A stretch of 64,000 bases of DNA from a virus. Made by a program: the position numbers and the translations under genes. The notes below the pieces were generated by a model. The model worked only from the letters and a program-made list of their open reading frames with translations. It was not told the DNA's origin and did no database searches. The stretch spans positions 7,358 to 71,357 of the IMG/VR virus record IMGVR_UViG_3300024518_003060. One strand, given 5' to 3'. This document shows, piece by piece, positions 1 through 7,881 of this stretch; within the stretch, counting starts at the first letter, position 1, and the number at the start of each line of letters is the position of its first letter.

Positions 1-681
1 TACTACTGTACCTTCGAGTATCTTTAAGAGCGCTTGTTGCACACCTTCTCCGCTAACGTCACGAGCAGTTCCGCCACGCGAGACCTTTGAGGCAATCTTA
101 TCCATTTCGTCGATATATATGATGCCCTTTTGCGCTCGCTGGATACTGTTTCCTGCGGCATCTAAGAGTCTAGCAAGAGCAACTTCCACATCCTCTCCAA
201 TATAACCTGCCTCTGTAAGACTTGTGGCGTCAACCGATGCGAAGGGGACTTCTAAGACCCTTGCAAGGGATTGAGCAAGCAAAGTTTTGCCTGTACCCGT
301 TGGGCCAATCAGCAATACATTACTTTTCTTAATCTCCACATCATCAGTGTCTTCCACGCTCATTATTCGCTTGAAGTGGTTATATACCGCCACTGATAGG
401 ACTTTTTTAGCTCGCTCTTGCCCTACAACCGTTTCATCTAGTTTTGCTTTAATTTCTGTTGGGGATAAAAGGTTATAATCTTCTTCAGCAGGTTCAAGAA
501 CTTTTGCGATTCGCCCCTCTTTGGCTGCTGATTTGGCAATAATTTCGTGACAAAGTATTATGCACTCATCGCAAATATTGGCAAGCACCGAAAGGCCAGT
601 TATAATCTTTTTTACTTCGTCGCTGGTTTTTCCACAAAAAGAGCAACTAATATAAGAACGTCTATCCACCAAATCACTCAT
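1..681 (-). CDS. clpX: ATP-dependent Clp protease ATPase subunit ClpX (3' end runs off the window; absent from the ORF track)
   Basis: Manual translation from ATG 681: [19 protein letters not shown]...ICDECI (C4 zinc domain), [33 protein letters not shown] (Walker A), [26 protein letters not shown] (Walker B), [26 protein letters not shown] upstream. Confidence 0.96.
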   Translation of the reverse strand, partial: MSDLVDRRSYISCSFCGKTSDEVKKIITGLSVLANICDECIILCHEIIAKSAAKEGRIAKVLEPAEEDYNLLSPTEIKAKLDETVVGQERAKKVLSVAVYNHFKRIMSVEDTDDVEIKKSNVLLIGPTGTGKTLLAQSLARVLEVPFASVDATSLTEAGYIGEDVEVALARLLDAAGNSIQRAQKGIIYIDEMDKIASKVSRGGTARDVSGEGVQQALLKILEGTVV

Positions 682-741
682 AAATCACCCTCCTGGATCT
701 CACGACAGCAATGTTGTATAACACTTGTCGGTCTCTATAAA

Positions 742-749
742 TAAGTAGT
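742..749 (-). promoter_or_regulatory. Putative late promoter ACTACTTA upstream of clpX
   Basis: Same motif recurs in most intergenic gaps on the coding strand. Confidence 0.55.
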
Positions 750-795
750 CGTCAACAATGTTCAGAAATATAGTATTTTGAGGTTAAAAGGTTTT

Positions 796-826
796 AAGAA
801 AGCACCTCGCCCCAAATGGGGCGAGG
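796..826 (-). terminator. Probable intrinsic terminator
   Basis: Perfect 9-bp stem CCTCGCCCC/GGGGCGAGG (805-826), 4-nt loop, imperfect U-tract on the minus strand, just after the 854..1354 gene. Confidence 0.65.
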
Positions 827-853
827 AACTCAATGTTATTAATCTTGATCAAT

Positions 854-1354
854 TTAATCCGTGAAAGTAGCAATGCTTGCTGGATTCGCGTGTGTGGTGA
901 TCAGGTTGGCCTGAGTGGTCCAAAACCCTGCCTCGTTACAAGTAACCGTAACAGTATCGCCTGCGTCTCCACCAGAAGTGGCGCCGGTTTTATGCATAAA
1001 GACCTTATTCAATCCAGAAGCCTTGAGGACGACCTGGACCAGAAACTGATCGGCTGTAGTACTGAGTACAACCGCTTTGCCATAAAACTTATCGGCGGTT
1101 TGCGACAGTATGTGGTGATTGGCAGCGGCTCCTGCGATCAACATGAAGGTATAGTTTAGACCAACCTCTGCGTCTGGAAGCGTGATATCATGCGCTGAAC
1201 CGTGTGTCCAGTGGATAAGCGCTCCCGAATCGTTAGCAGTTAAAGTTTTTGCTGCGCTAACAGCCAACAACTGCCTTTTTAGAAATTTCAATTGATTTTT
1301 ATTTTCATTGATTAGGCTTTTAATTCTAGCCCAACCTACTCTTTTTGTTCCCAT
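854..1354 (-). CDS. Hypothetical virion protein, possible head decoration/fibre protein
   Basis: 166 aa, directly after the capsid gene; AKTLTANDSG...ITLPDAEVGLNYTF resembles beta-rich phage structural domains; SD GGGAGGG. Confidence 0.6.
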   Translation of the reverse strand: MGTKRVGWARIKSLINENKNQLKFLKRQLLAVSAAKTLTANDSGALIHWTHGSAHDITLPDAEVGLNYTFMLIAGAAANHHILSQTADKFYGKAVVLSTTADQFLVQVVLKASGLNKVFMHKTGATSGGDAGDTVTVTCNEAGFWTTQANLITTHANPASIATFTD

Positions 1355-1412
1355 AGTATTATCCCTCCCTTGGAATTACCATTTTAATCATGTCATTAAA
1401 ACATGGGTAGGA

Positions 1413-1420
1413 TAAGTAGT
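1413..1420 (-). promoter_or_regulatory. Putative late promoter ACTACTTA
   Basis: Recurrent motif, about 59 nt upstream of ATG 1354. Confidence 0.55.
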
Positions 1421-1458
1421 CTATAGGATAGTTTTCAATACAGCGCTTTTAAATTAGA

Positions 1459-1496
1459 CAAAAGAAAAGCCCTGGCTCAATTAAGGGCCAGGGCTT
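1459..1496 (-). terminator. Intrinsic terminator after major capsid gene
   Basis: Stem AAGCCCTGGC/GCCAGGGCTT (1467-1496) followed by TTCTTTTG on the minus strand. Confidence 0.8.
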
Positions 1497-1527
1497 ATCA
1501 CGATTGGTTACAATCAGTTAGCTAAAA

Positions 1528-3327
1528 TTAGCTAGTCGCACCTGCTTCACCGAGCATACCGCGAACAATGACAAGACCGTACATATCGGGTCGAACCATC
1601 TTCTTGGCATAACGGGTCATGACACCCTTACGAGGCACGAAGTCTTCCACACCAAAGATGGTGGGAGTAACTTGCAGTGGAACATAAGGAGAGTAAACAT
1701 AACCACTCTCAAGGAAGCTGCTTCCTTTACGACCTACGAGAACAAGATTTCGTGGGAAGTAAGGATCAACATAGACGTCGTAACGCTTACTCAAAGAACC
1801 AACTTGTTGGGTTCCAGCAGTACCTTTGCTATCGTCGTGAGTGACGTTAGCGCGGAATCCGCTTGTGAACTCAAGAATGTTGGCAACCTCCGGGGAAGTT
1901 ACAACAAAGTTGGCGCCGCCTCTCAGAGTCTTACGATGGATCTGAGCGGACACATCATTGATGGTCTCGCCAAGAGTCTCGTACCACTCAGAAACAGTAC
2001 CAGTAAAGTCAGGAGCAGCAGACGCTGCACCTTTCTCATTACCAGTCTTCTTATCTACAAACAAACCGGGGGAACGTGACCAGTAGTAAGTAGCGCCTGT
2101 AGAACCTTTAACAAGGTCTGTGAGGATCTCGCGATCAATTTCAAGAGCAATTTGCTCAGAAAGGATCGAAGTAAGCTCAACCTCGGCATCCAAGTTATGG
2201 TATGCGTTGAGGTCTTGACCAAGTTCTGGAGTCCACTTTGCTTTGAGCTTTTTAGTCATTGCGGTGACTGACACCGAATCGACCTTCAAGTTAATCTCGG
2301 GGATGTTTGACGTGTCTTCCAAGCCCCAGTCATCTTGACCAACAACAGCGCCGATAGCATTGCCACTTGACGCTTTACCGGCAGCACCAAAGTTATCAAC
2401 AATTGCGAAGCTTGCTGTGGTTTGAGGGCCTTTAAGTACTTCAGCACAAACATTAGCGGATACACCGTCAGCAGCAACAACAACCAAGACATCAGCACTA
2501 CCGCGATCTGCGGAAGCACCGATTGAAGAACTAAATTGTGTCAAACGACGAAGGTGATGCACCGAAGAACTATTCGAAATCTTCAAAGCTGTGAGGTCAT
2601 CGAAATTCATTCCAGTTCCATTAGTAGCACCAGTAAGGTGACTTTTTGGAATAGTACCAATAGCAAAGTTAGTAGTACCAGACGTAAACGCAGGATCATA
2701 CTGTAGAAGGCTATAAACTTTATCCAAGTGAGCCTGTGTGATACCAGATTGGTTAATGCCGCCGTCAAATGTAGCATCTTTATCTGCTCCATAAGAACCA
2801 GAATAAAGAATGGTCAAATGAGTTGACGTGTGTGACGCTGAAGGTGAGGAATAACCATTAGTTAGGTTATAAAATTGACCGGCGTTTGTTCCAACATCGC
2901 CAGTTAAATCGACACCACCAGTAACCGCCTGACCAACAACATCGCCACCGTAAAGTGACTTGCCAGCGCCGGGTCCAAGACCATCACGTTGGAACGTGAA
3001 ATCAAGGAAGAAGATGAGACCACTGGGTAGACTCATCGGTTGAACACTAACGAGATCGTTAGCGATCAAAGAACCAAAAACGCGGCGAACGATGGGGAAT
3101 GCAACGGATGCAAAACCTTCAACGTCACCACTGCTCATGGCAGTAGCAGCTTCGCGAAGAAGCTCTTTGGCTTGGTTTTCAAGCAATCGAGCCATAGTCG
3201 TGCGACTATGATCGGCTTCCAAACCCTCAAGAAGACCTGTTTTCTCCCATTTATTTAGTAGAGCAGCGCCTTCCTTACTCATATCGCGTGAAACGATACC
3301 TTCTGTAAGTTTTTGTAAAATGGACAT
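1528..3327 (-). CDS. gp23: Major capsid protein, T4 gp23-like
   Basis: LLENQ, FPIVRRVF, VSVQPMSLPSGLIFFLD, KKLKAKWTPELGQDLNAYHNLDAEVELTSILSEQIALEIDREI, GYVYSPYVPL, PRKGVMTRY are gp23-family motifs. Confidence 0.95.
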   Translation of the reverse strand: MSILQKLTEGIVSRDMSKEGAALLNKWEKTGLLEGLEADHSRTTMARLLENQAKELLREAATAMSSGDVEGFASVAFPIVRRVFGSLIANDLVSVQPMSLPSGLIFFLDFTFQRDGLGPGAGKSLYGGDVVGQAVTGGVDLTGDVGTNAGQFYNLTNGYSSPSASHTSTHLTILYSGSYGADKDATFDGGINQSGITQAHLDKVYSLLQYDPAFTSGTTNFAIGTIPKSHLTGATNGTGMNFDDLTALKISNSSSVHHLRRLTQFSSSIGASADRGSADVLVVVAADGVSANVCAEVLKGPQTTASFAIVDNFGAAGKASSGNAIGAVVGQDDWGLEDTSNIPEINLKVDSVSVTAMTKKLKAKWTPELGQDLNAYHNLDAEVELTSILSEQIALEIDREILTDLVKGSTGATYYWSRSPGLFVDKKTGNEKGAASAAPDFTGTVSEWYETLGETINDVSAQIHRKTLRGGANFVVTSPEVANILEFTSGFRANVTHDDSKGTAGTQQVGSLSKRYDVYVDPYFPRNLVLVGRKGSSFLESGYVYSPYVPLQVTPTIFGVEDFVPRKGVMTRYAKKMVRPDMYGLVIVRGMLGEAGATS

Positions 3328-3359
3328 TTTATTAACTCCTTTTTGTAATGTTTATTTAA

Positions 3360-4739
3360 TTATTTAAGTCCAGCGAGAGCTTTCATTCTCTCGGCAAAAG
3401 GATCATTATCCTTTCTTTTCTCCTCTTTACGAGGAAGGAATGCTGAAGAGCTACGAGTGACTACTTCGTTCAGTGATTCTGGAACTTTATGCCGATTGGC
3501 AGTTCCCACTGTACTTTGAAGAGTTTCAAAGATTACCTTTGCTTCTTCAACTGAATTGGTATTTTGTATAGCTTCAACAATTCTATCCTTTTGCCGCTCA
3601 TTCAGGGAGACACTATCTAAAATACGATTTTGATATAGTAACTTAGCATTTAGCAAATTACTTTCATTAAGCTCGTTTTTAAGCTTATTAATGATTGTGC
3701 CATACTTATCAACTTTTTTCTCTAATCGCTGGGCTTTGCCATTGAGTCTTTTTTGTTCTTTGATAAGGTTTTTGTTCTTTCTTTTGTTCTCGAAATGGAC
3801 TTCTCCTTCAAGATCGCCACTAGCGGACCGGCAATCCTTTGCGCTATGGGCAAAAGAGCCATCTGGGCATTTGTAATTCTTTGGTTCAGAATCGACTTCC
3901 GCCTCAAACAAATCTATTTCTTCATAGAGATCGTCATCTTCAAACATAGGCTTTGCTGTAGCGGCAGCGGCAGCGGCCCGACGGCGTTTTTGTTCGGCGC
4001 GCCACCTAATCTCGTCCACTTCAGCCTGTGTCACCTTCTCGGCGCTTCTTTGGAATTCACCGGCCCAGCCCTCAATCGCTCCCTCGGGACCGAAATCATA
4101 GGCGGGAGTGCGGCTCTCGTCTTCTTCTTCGTACAAACCGCCGTCTCCGTCGTCGTCTTCATCTATCAATTCAACGCCTTCTTGGGCCAATGCTGAATCG
4201 TAAATGTCTTCGTCGATAGTGAGTTCTTCGTCAAAAAGATTGAACTCTTCAGAAACAACGTCAAAGTCTTCATCAAGAGGATCGCCTTCTTCGAGGTCAA
4301 TAACCTCTAGTACGTCATCTTCTTCAAGGACGTCATCTTCAAAAAGCGGATTTCCTTCAAAAAGAATTTCTTCGGCTGCGGAAAATAAGTTTTCTTCTAG
4401 CTTGGTAAGGTTCAGATCAACATAATCTTTTTCGTTAGTGGTTTGTAGGAAAGGGAGTTGCTCAAGAATTGAAGTTACGTCGGCTGATGTTTCGCTTTCT
4501 TCTACGCCGCCTTCTCCTGTATCGCCTTCCATACCGCCCATTTCTGCCATAGGATCTCCGCCGCCTTCAGCGCCCATTCCGGCTAATTCTGCCATGGGAT
4601 CTTCCTGCTCAAGAATTTTATCAACAGTATCTTTTATCTCTTTTTGATATCTCTCTATAATGGCCTCTTGCGCGTTCTGCTGCGCGGCCTCTTTCAATTC
4701 TTTTGCATCGATAATGGCTTGTTCTAACATTGAAGACAT
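3360..4739 (-). CDS. Prohead core/scaffold protein (gp22-like position and composition)
   Basis: Very acidic, coiled-coil C-terminus (LNESNLLNAKLLY), ends RMKALAGLK, lies between protease and capsid genes. Confidence 0.75.
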   Translation of the reverse strand: MSSMLEQAIIDAKELKEAAQQNAQEAIIERYQKEIKDTVDKILEQEDPMAELAGMGAEGGGDPMAEMGGMEGDTGEGGVEESETSADVTSILEQLPFLQTTNEKDYVDLNLTKLEENLFSAAEEILFEGNPLFEDDVLEEDDVLEVIDLEEGDPLDEDFDVVSEEFNLFDEELTIDEDIYDSALAQEGVELIDEDDDGDGGLYEEEDESRTPAYDFGPEGAIEGWAGEFQRSAEKVTQAEVDEIRWRAEQKRRRAAAAAATAKPMFEDDDLYEEIDLFEAEVDSEPKNYKCPDGSFAHSAKDCRSASGDLEGEVHFENKRKNKNLIKEQKRLNGKAQRLEKKVDKYGTIINKLKNELNESNLLNAKLLYQNRILDSVSLNERQKDRIVEAIQNTNSVEEAKVIFETLQSTVGTANRHKVPESLNEVVTRSSSAFLPRKEEKRKDNDPFAERMKALAGLK

Positions 4740-4762
4740 AAATTAGCTCCTTTCGCTATGAC

Positions 4763-4770
4763 TAATTAGT
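4763..4770 (-). promoter_or_regulatory. Putative late promoter ACTAATTA for scaffold-capsid operon
   Basis: Recurrent motif, followed by SD AAAGGAG and ATG 4739. Confidence 0.6.
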
Positions 4771-4798
4771 TTAAAGTAACCATAAATACCATTTTTTA

Positions 4799-5026
4799 TT
4801 AGGGTTCTTTATAGGTGTTCCGTTGACGATGAAGTTTTTCGATCACTTTTCTTCTTCTTCGCCTTTCTTTTCTGCGCTTATCGGAGGGTTTTTCATAATA
4901 ACGATTTTCTAAGACCCTTTCTATAATGCGCTCTTTTTTTACTTTTTTGTTGAAGCGCCTGATGAGTCTATCGAGAGTTTCGTCTCTAAACTTTGGTCTG
5001 ACTTCTGCTCTCACTGCTCTAGACAT
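4799..5026 (-). CDS. rpsU: Phage-encoded ribosomal protein bS21
   Basis: 75 aa, basic; ETLDRLIRRFNKKV...I...RYYEKPSDKRR matches the bS21 pattern. Confidence 0.85.
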   Translation of the reverse strand: MSRAVRAEVRPKFRDETLDRLIRRFNKKVKKERIIERVLENRYYEKPSDKRRKERRRRRKVIEKLHRQRNTYKEP

Positions 5027-5034
5027 ATAAGCTC

Positions 5035-5445
5035 CTAAATCATATCCTTCCAGCTTCTTCCTGAGACGGCCATAATGCCACTCAGATCTACTCCAGCGTC
5101 ATTTGGATCTACGCCTGCGAGTGCGCCGCCTTGTCCCTGCGAATCAGGAGCGCCAGCTTGAGAAATCGGTTCGGTTCCTTCGAAAATGTCTGCTCCGAAG
5201 CCTGTGGCGTTCAGCATTTTTCGCTTTTGTTCTTTTAGTCTCCGCTGTTTTTCTTCGAGGATCTGTAGTCGCTGGGTGTCAAGTTCTCGGTTATCAACAA
5301 CTTTCTTCTCCACAATGACGTTGGAGTTTAGTCCTCTTACCACTTCCGAAATAACGTTGGAAAGGAGACCGCCTTCAAGAAGGACGTCTTTTATACATTC
5401 CTCTACAATAGGTTTTAAAACTCTCTTAAGATCTGATTTTTTCAT
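5035..5445 (-). CDS. Hypothetical head-module protein
   Basis: 136-aa ORF coupled in the operon; N-terminus MKKSDLKRVLKPIVEECIKDVLLE. Confidence 0.7.
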   Translation of the reverse strand: MKKSDLKRVLKPIVEECIKDVLLEGGLLSNVISEVVRGLNSNVIVEKKVVDNRELDTQRLQILEEKQRRLKEQKRKMLNATGFGADIFEGTEPISQAGAPDSQGQGGALAGVDPNDAGVDLSGIMAVSGRSWKDMI

Positions 5446-5448
5446 AGA

Positions 5449-6102
5449 TTATCCTAGTTTAATAGCGTTAAGGGCGCGATTGATACGGTCACCTCTTGTA
5501 AAGTGCCCGTTGACAATGCCTTGACTCTCGTTCATTTTGATGCTAATCGTTCCAGGCTCCAGCATATAAGCGCCAGGAGCAGATGGTTCGGAAACTGCGT
5601 CAAAACAAATCAATTGTAGGTCTGGTTGGACAACTTGAACAGAATCGCCAGAGTCATCTTTTCCTTCTTTGAGAGAGCCTAACGCTCTTGAGGAAAAACC
5701 AAACTTTACTCCGCTATCGTAAAGTCCACGCAATATTTTGCCAGAGGGCGTTTGTAGCACTTTAATGGTTCCGATGACGTCATCACCGTCCCACCAAATT
5801 CTTGTGACCATATGAGATGCGTTCTTCAAATTGATGACTGAATCATCAGGATGGTCGCATTCGCCAAGTGCTCTATTATCTTTAACAAGTTTCTGGTAAT
5901 TTTCGATTTCTCGTCTTAGGACGTCGAGGGGATAGGTTCTTCCGTTGCCATTTTTCGCGTCAGCTTGTTGAAGCTTTGCTGGAAACACAAGAAAGCCTTC
6001 AGTGACCATTCTTTTCTCAGATTCATTCAATAAATCTTGACAGCCACGGTCATCACATTTTAATTCAAAAAACTCTCTCAGTAAAACTTGACTCATTGTC
6101 AT
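5449..6102 (-). CDS. gp21: Prohead core protease, T4 gp21-like
   Basis: NGNGRTYP, ALGECDHP, NLKNASH, TPSGKI, GFSSRALGS, FDAVSEPSAPGA. Confidence 0.92.
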   Translation of the reverse strand: MTMSQVLLREFFELKCDDRGCQDLLNESEKRMVTEGFLVFPAKLQQADAKNGNGRTYPLDVLRREIENYQKLVKDNRALGECDHPDDSVINLKNASHMVTRIWWDGDDVIGTIKVLQTPSGKILRGLYDSGVKFGFSSRALGSLKEGKDDSGDSVQVVQPDLQLICFDAVSEPSAPGAYMLEPGTISIKMNESQGIVNGHFTRGDRINRALNAIKLG

Positions 6103-6188
6103 TCCTTGATTGCGGTCTCACTCCGCATGATATAAGATCCGCTACAACAGCGTCGAACTGGTTGAAGCTTCCATTTTTTAAAGAACAT
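6099..6188 (-). CDS. Small 29-aa Cys-Cys peptide (below the ORF-track cutoff)
   Basis: MFFKKWKLQPVRRCCSGSYIMRSETAIKE*; SD-like GAAGGTGA; start overlaps the upstream gene end; stop overlaps the protease start as ATGA. Confidence 0.6.
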   Translation of the reverse strand: MFFKKWKLQPVRRCCSGSYIMRSETAIKE

Positions 6189-6507
6189 TTTGATCACCTT
6201 CTTTTTTATGATAGACTTTGAAACCAAAGTCGTTTACCAAGACACTTATAAGATAACTTGTGCCTGAGCCTAAGCATCCTAAAATAAGTAAATTGGCTAA
6301 ATTATACTCAAATGTAAATAGTTCTGTGTATTTATTTATACAAAACAAAAAGATAGAAACCCAAAAGCCCATACACATAGGGCAATGAAATAACTTGCCA
6401 AAACCATTAAGCCATGTTCTCTCGGGGCGAATCTTGTTGAATATTGGTCCACAAACGAGAATTTGTGTAAGGCCATACGCAGCTAAAATAAAATAAACTA
6501 ATTCCAT
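6178..6507 (-). CDS. Small membrane protein with CPMC motif (DUF1360-like)
   Basis: Three hydrophobic segments; GKLFHCPMCMGFWV. Confidence 0.65.
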   Translation of the reverse strand: MELVYFILAAYGLTQILVCGPIFNKIRPERTWLNGFGKLFHCPMCMGFWVSIFLFCINKYTELFTFEYNLANLLILGCLGSGTSYLISVLVNDFGFKVYHKKEGDQNVL

Positions 6508-6509
6508 TT

Positions 6510-7064
6510 TTACTTGTTTACTTTTTCCTGGAACATACCAAAGGCGTTGTTGCCGCTGCCGCCAGTGGGAGAACTGCCATAATAGTTCGTTCCCTTGTGG
6601 GGGTCGTGGGGAACTTTACCAAGTTCTGTGGTTTCGTCGTCTGGCGGCTTCGTGAGTTCTTTTTCATAAGAATCCTGATAGTCGTCTACAATATCACCAA
6701 AGTGTAATTCATCTTTTAGAAACTTGGTGATCAAATAAATGGCAATATGAGTGGGATCAACCGCTGGTTGACTTACTTTGTCGGCCAACATTGTTCCCTG
6801 TAACGAACCAAAAACGTTTGAGGATCGAACAGAGCCGTGTTTACAAATTCCCTTTCTTGTGAGGAAGTCAAACAGGCGAGACTGGAGGGCATAAATGTGA
6901 TCCGCATATTCTTTTTTGGGAAACGTGAGGACACGATTTTCGTCAGGTGAAATCATGATATCGATATCTGGATGGTCAAGAATAACAATATCTCCAGCGA
7001 TATTCTTCTTGGCTTTTAGTCGTAGTTTGGCATCTATAGGATCATCAATTTTAATTTTAATCAT
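6510..7064 (-). CDS. Hypothetical protein
   Basis: 184-aa ORF in tight operon. Confidence 0.7.
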   Translation of the reverse strand: MIKIKIDDPIDAKLRLKAKKNIAGDIVILDHPDIDIMISPDENRVLTFPKKEYADHIYALQSRLFDFLTRKGICKHGSVRSSNVFGSLQGTMLADKVSQPAVDPTHIAIYLITKFLKDELHFGDIVDDYQDSYEKELTKPPDDETTELGKVPHDPHKGTNYYGSSPTGGSGNNAFGMFQEKVNK

Positions 7065-7881
7065 TGGTGGAGATCTCTTTTATTAATTGTTGAATCTGTG
7101 TGATCTTATATATAAATGTCTCATTTAGGGGACTTTTACTACTGCTCTTAAGAAACTCAAGAACTTTGCCATATTTTTCTTTCATACTAACGTCTTTTAG
7201 AACTTCTTTGTCTTTGGAATTGATTTCTAGTGTTTCAATTAGTCTGCCAATTTCGCGATCTAAGTAAATTTTAAATTCGAGGCCGTCATCTGAAAACGAT
7301 TTAATATATTTATTGAGAAGATCCTTCTGTTCCGATAAAAGAGTTTTGCTGTAGGTTTTGTTGAACCTCTTCACAAATGTATTAATAACTGAATTGTTTA
7401 TTTTTACTTCTTTCACGGGTTTGGAAGAATCTTCAGAAATCATATTGTTAATGATCTGTTCTTCTAGCAAAACTTTAGCCGTTGGCTTGAGTTCATCATT
7501 AAAAAGTTGACCGATACTTGCCAGAAACTTATAAGATGGAACAAAATTAGAAAAAACTGATTTTGAAATCTTTTTGTTAATCTGGGAGATGACATGGCTT
7601 TGCTCTTTGAACAATTCTCTCTTGTCAATCCCAAACCTGCTTGAGAGAGTTTCCTTAAGTAATTTTGAAGCAAACCTTTCGTTTACATTCTTAGTCTCGG
7701 CAAGTGTCTTATATAATACAAGATCTTTATAGAGGACGCTTCTCTTGTTGAAGTGTTTTTTCAATAAGGAGACCGCTATATCTCGCTTGTCCTTGCTTTC
7801 GTTGATCGTTTGCTTGATAACTTCTCTAATCAAAGCCTCGTAAATAAAACCAGTATTTCTTTTTTTGTTATGTTTATTCAT
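7057..7881 (-). CDS. Hypothetical head-module protein downstream of portal
   Basis: 274 aa, overlaps the portal stop; N-terminal KHNKKRNTGFIYE. Confidence 0.7.
   Translation of the reverse strand: MNKHNKKRNTGFIYEALIREVIKQTINESKDKRDIAVSLLKKHFNKRSVLYKDLVLYKTLAETKNVNERFASKLLKETLSSRFGIDKRELFKEQSHVISQINKKISKSVFSNFVPSYKFLASIGQLFNDELKPTAKVLLEEQIINNMISEDSSKPVKEVKINNSVINTFVKRFNKTYSKTLLSEQKDLLNKYIKSFSDDGLEFKIYLDREIGRLIETLEINSKDKEVLKDVSMKEKYGKVLEFLKSSSKSPLNETFIYKITQIQQLIKEISTND

Noticed and set aside
736-743. T4 late promoter TATAAATA on the plus strand
   Set aside because: Points away from all real genes and overlaps the minus-strand ACTACTTA motif; the plus-strand ORF 833..1159 is antisense to a better gene.
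682-1527. tRNA or other RNA genes in the longest intergenic gaps
   Set aside because: Gaps are explained by terminators, promoter motifs and leaders; no cloverleaf or T-loop signature.
6099-6127. Selenocysteine/SECIS at the hairpin near the peptide's TGA
   Set aside because: The hairpin lies 5' of the TGA rather than 3', and the TGA is part of an ordinary ATGA overlap.
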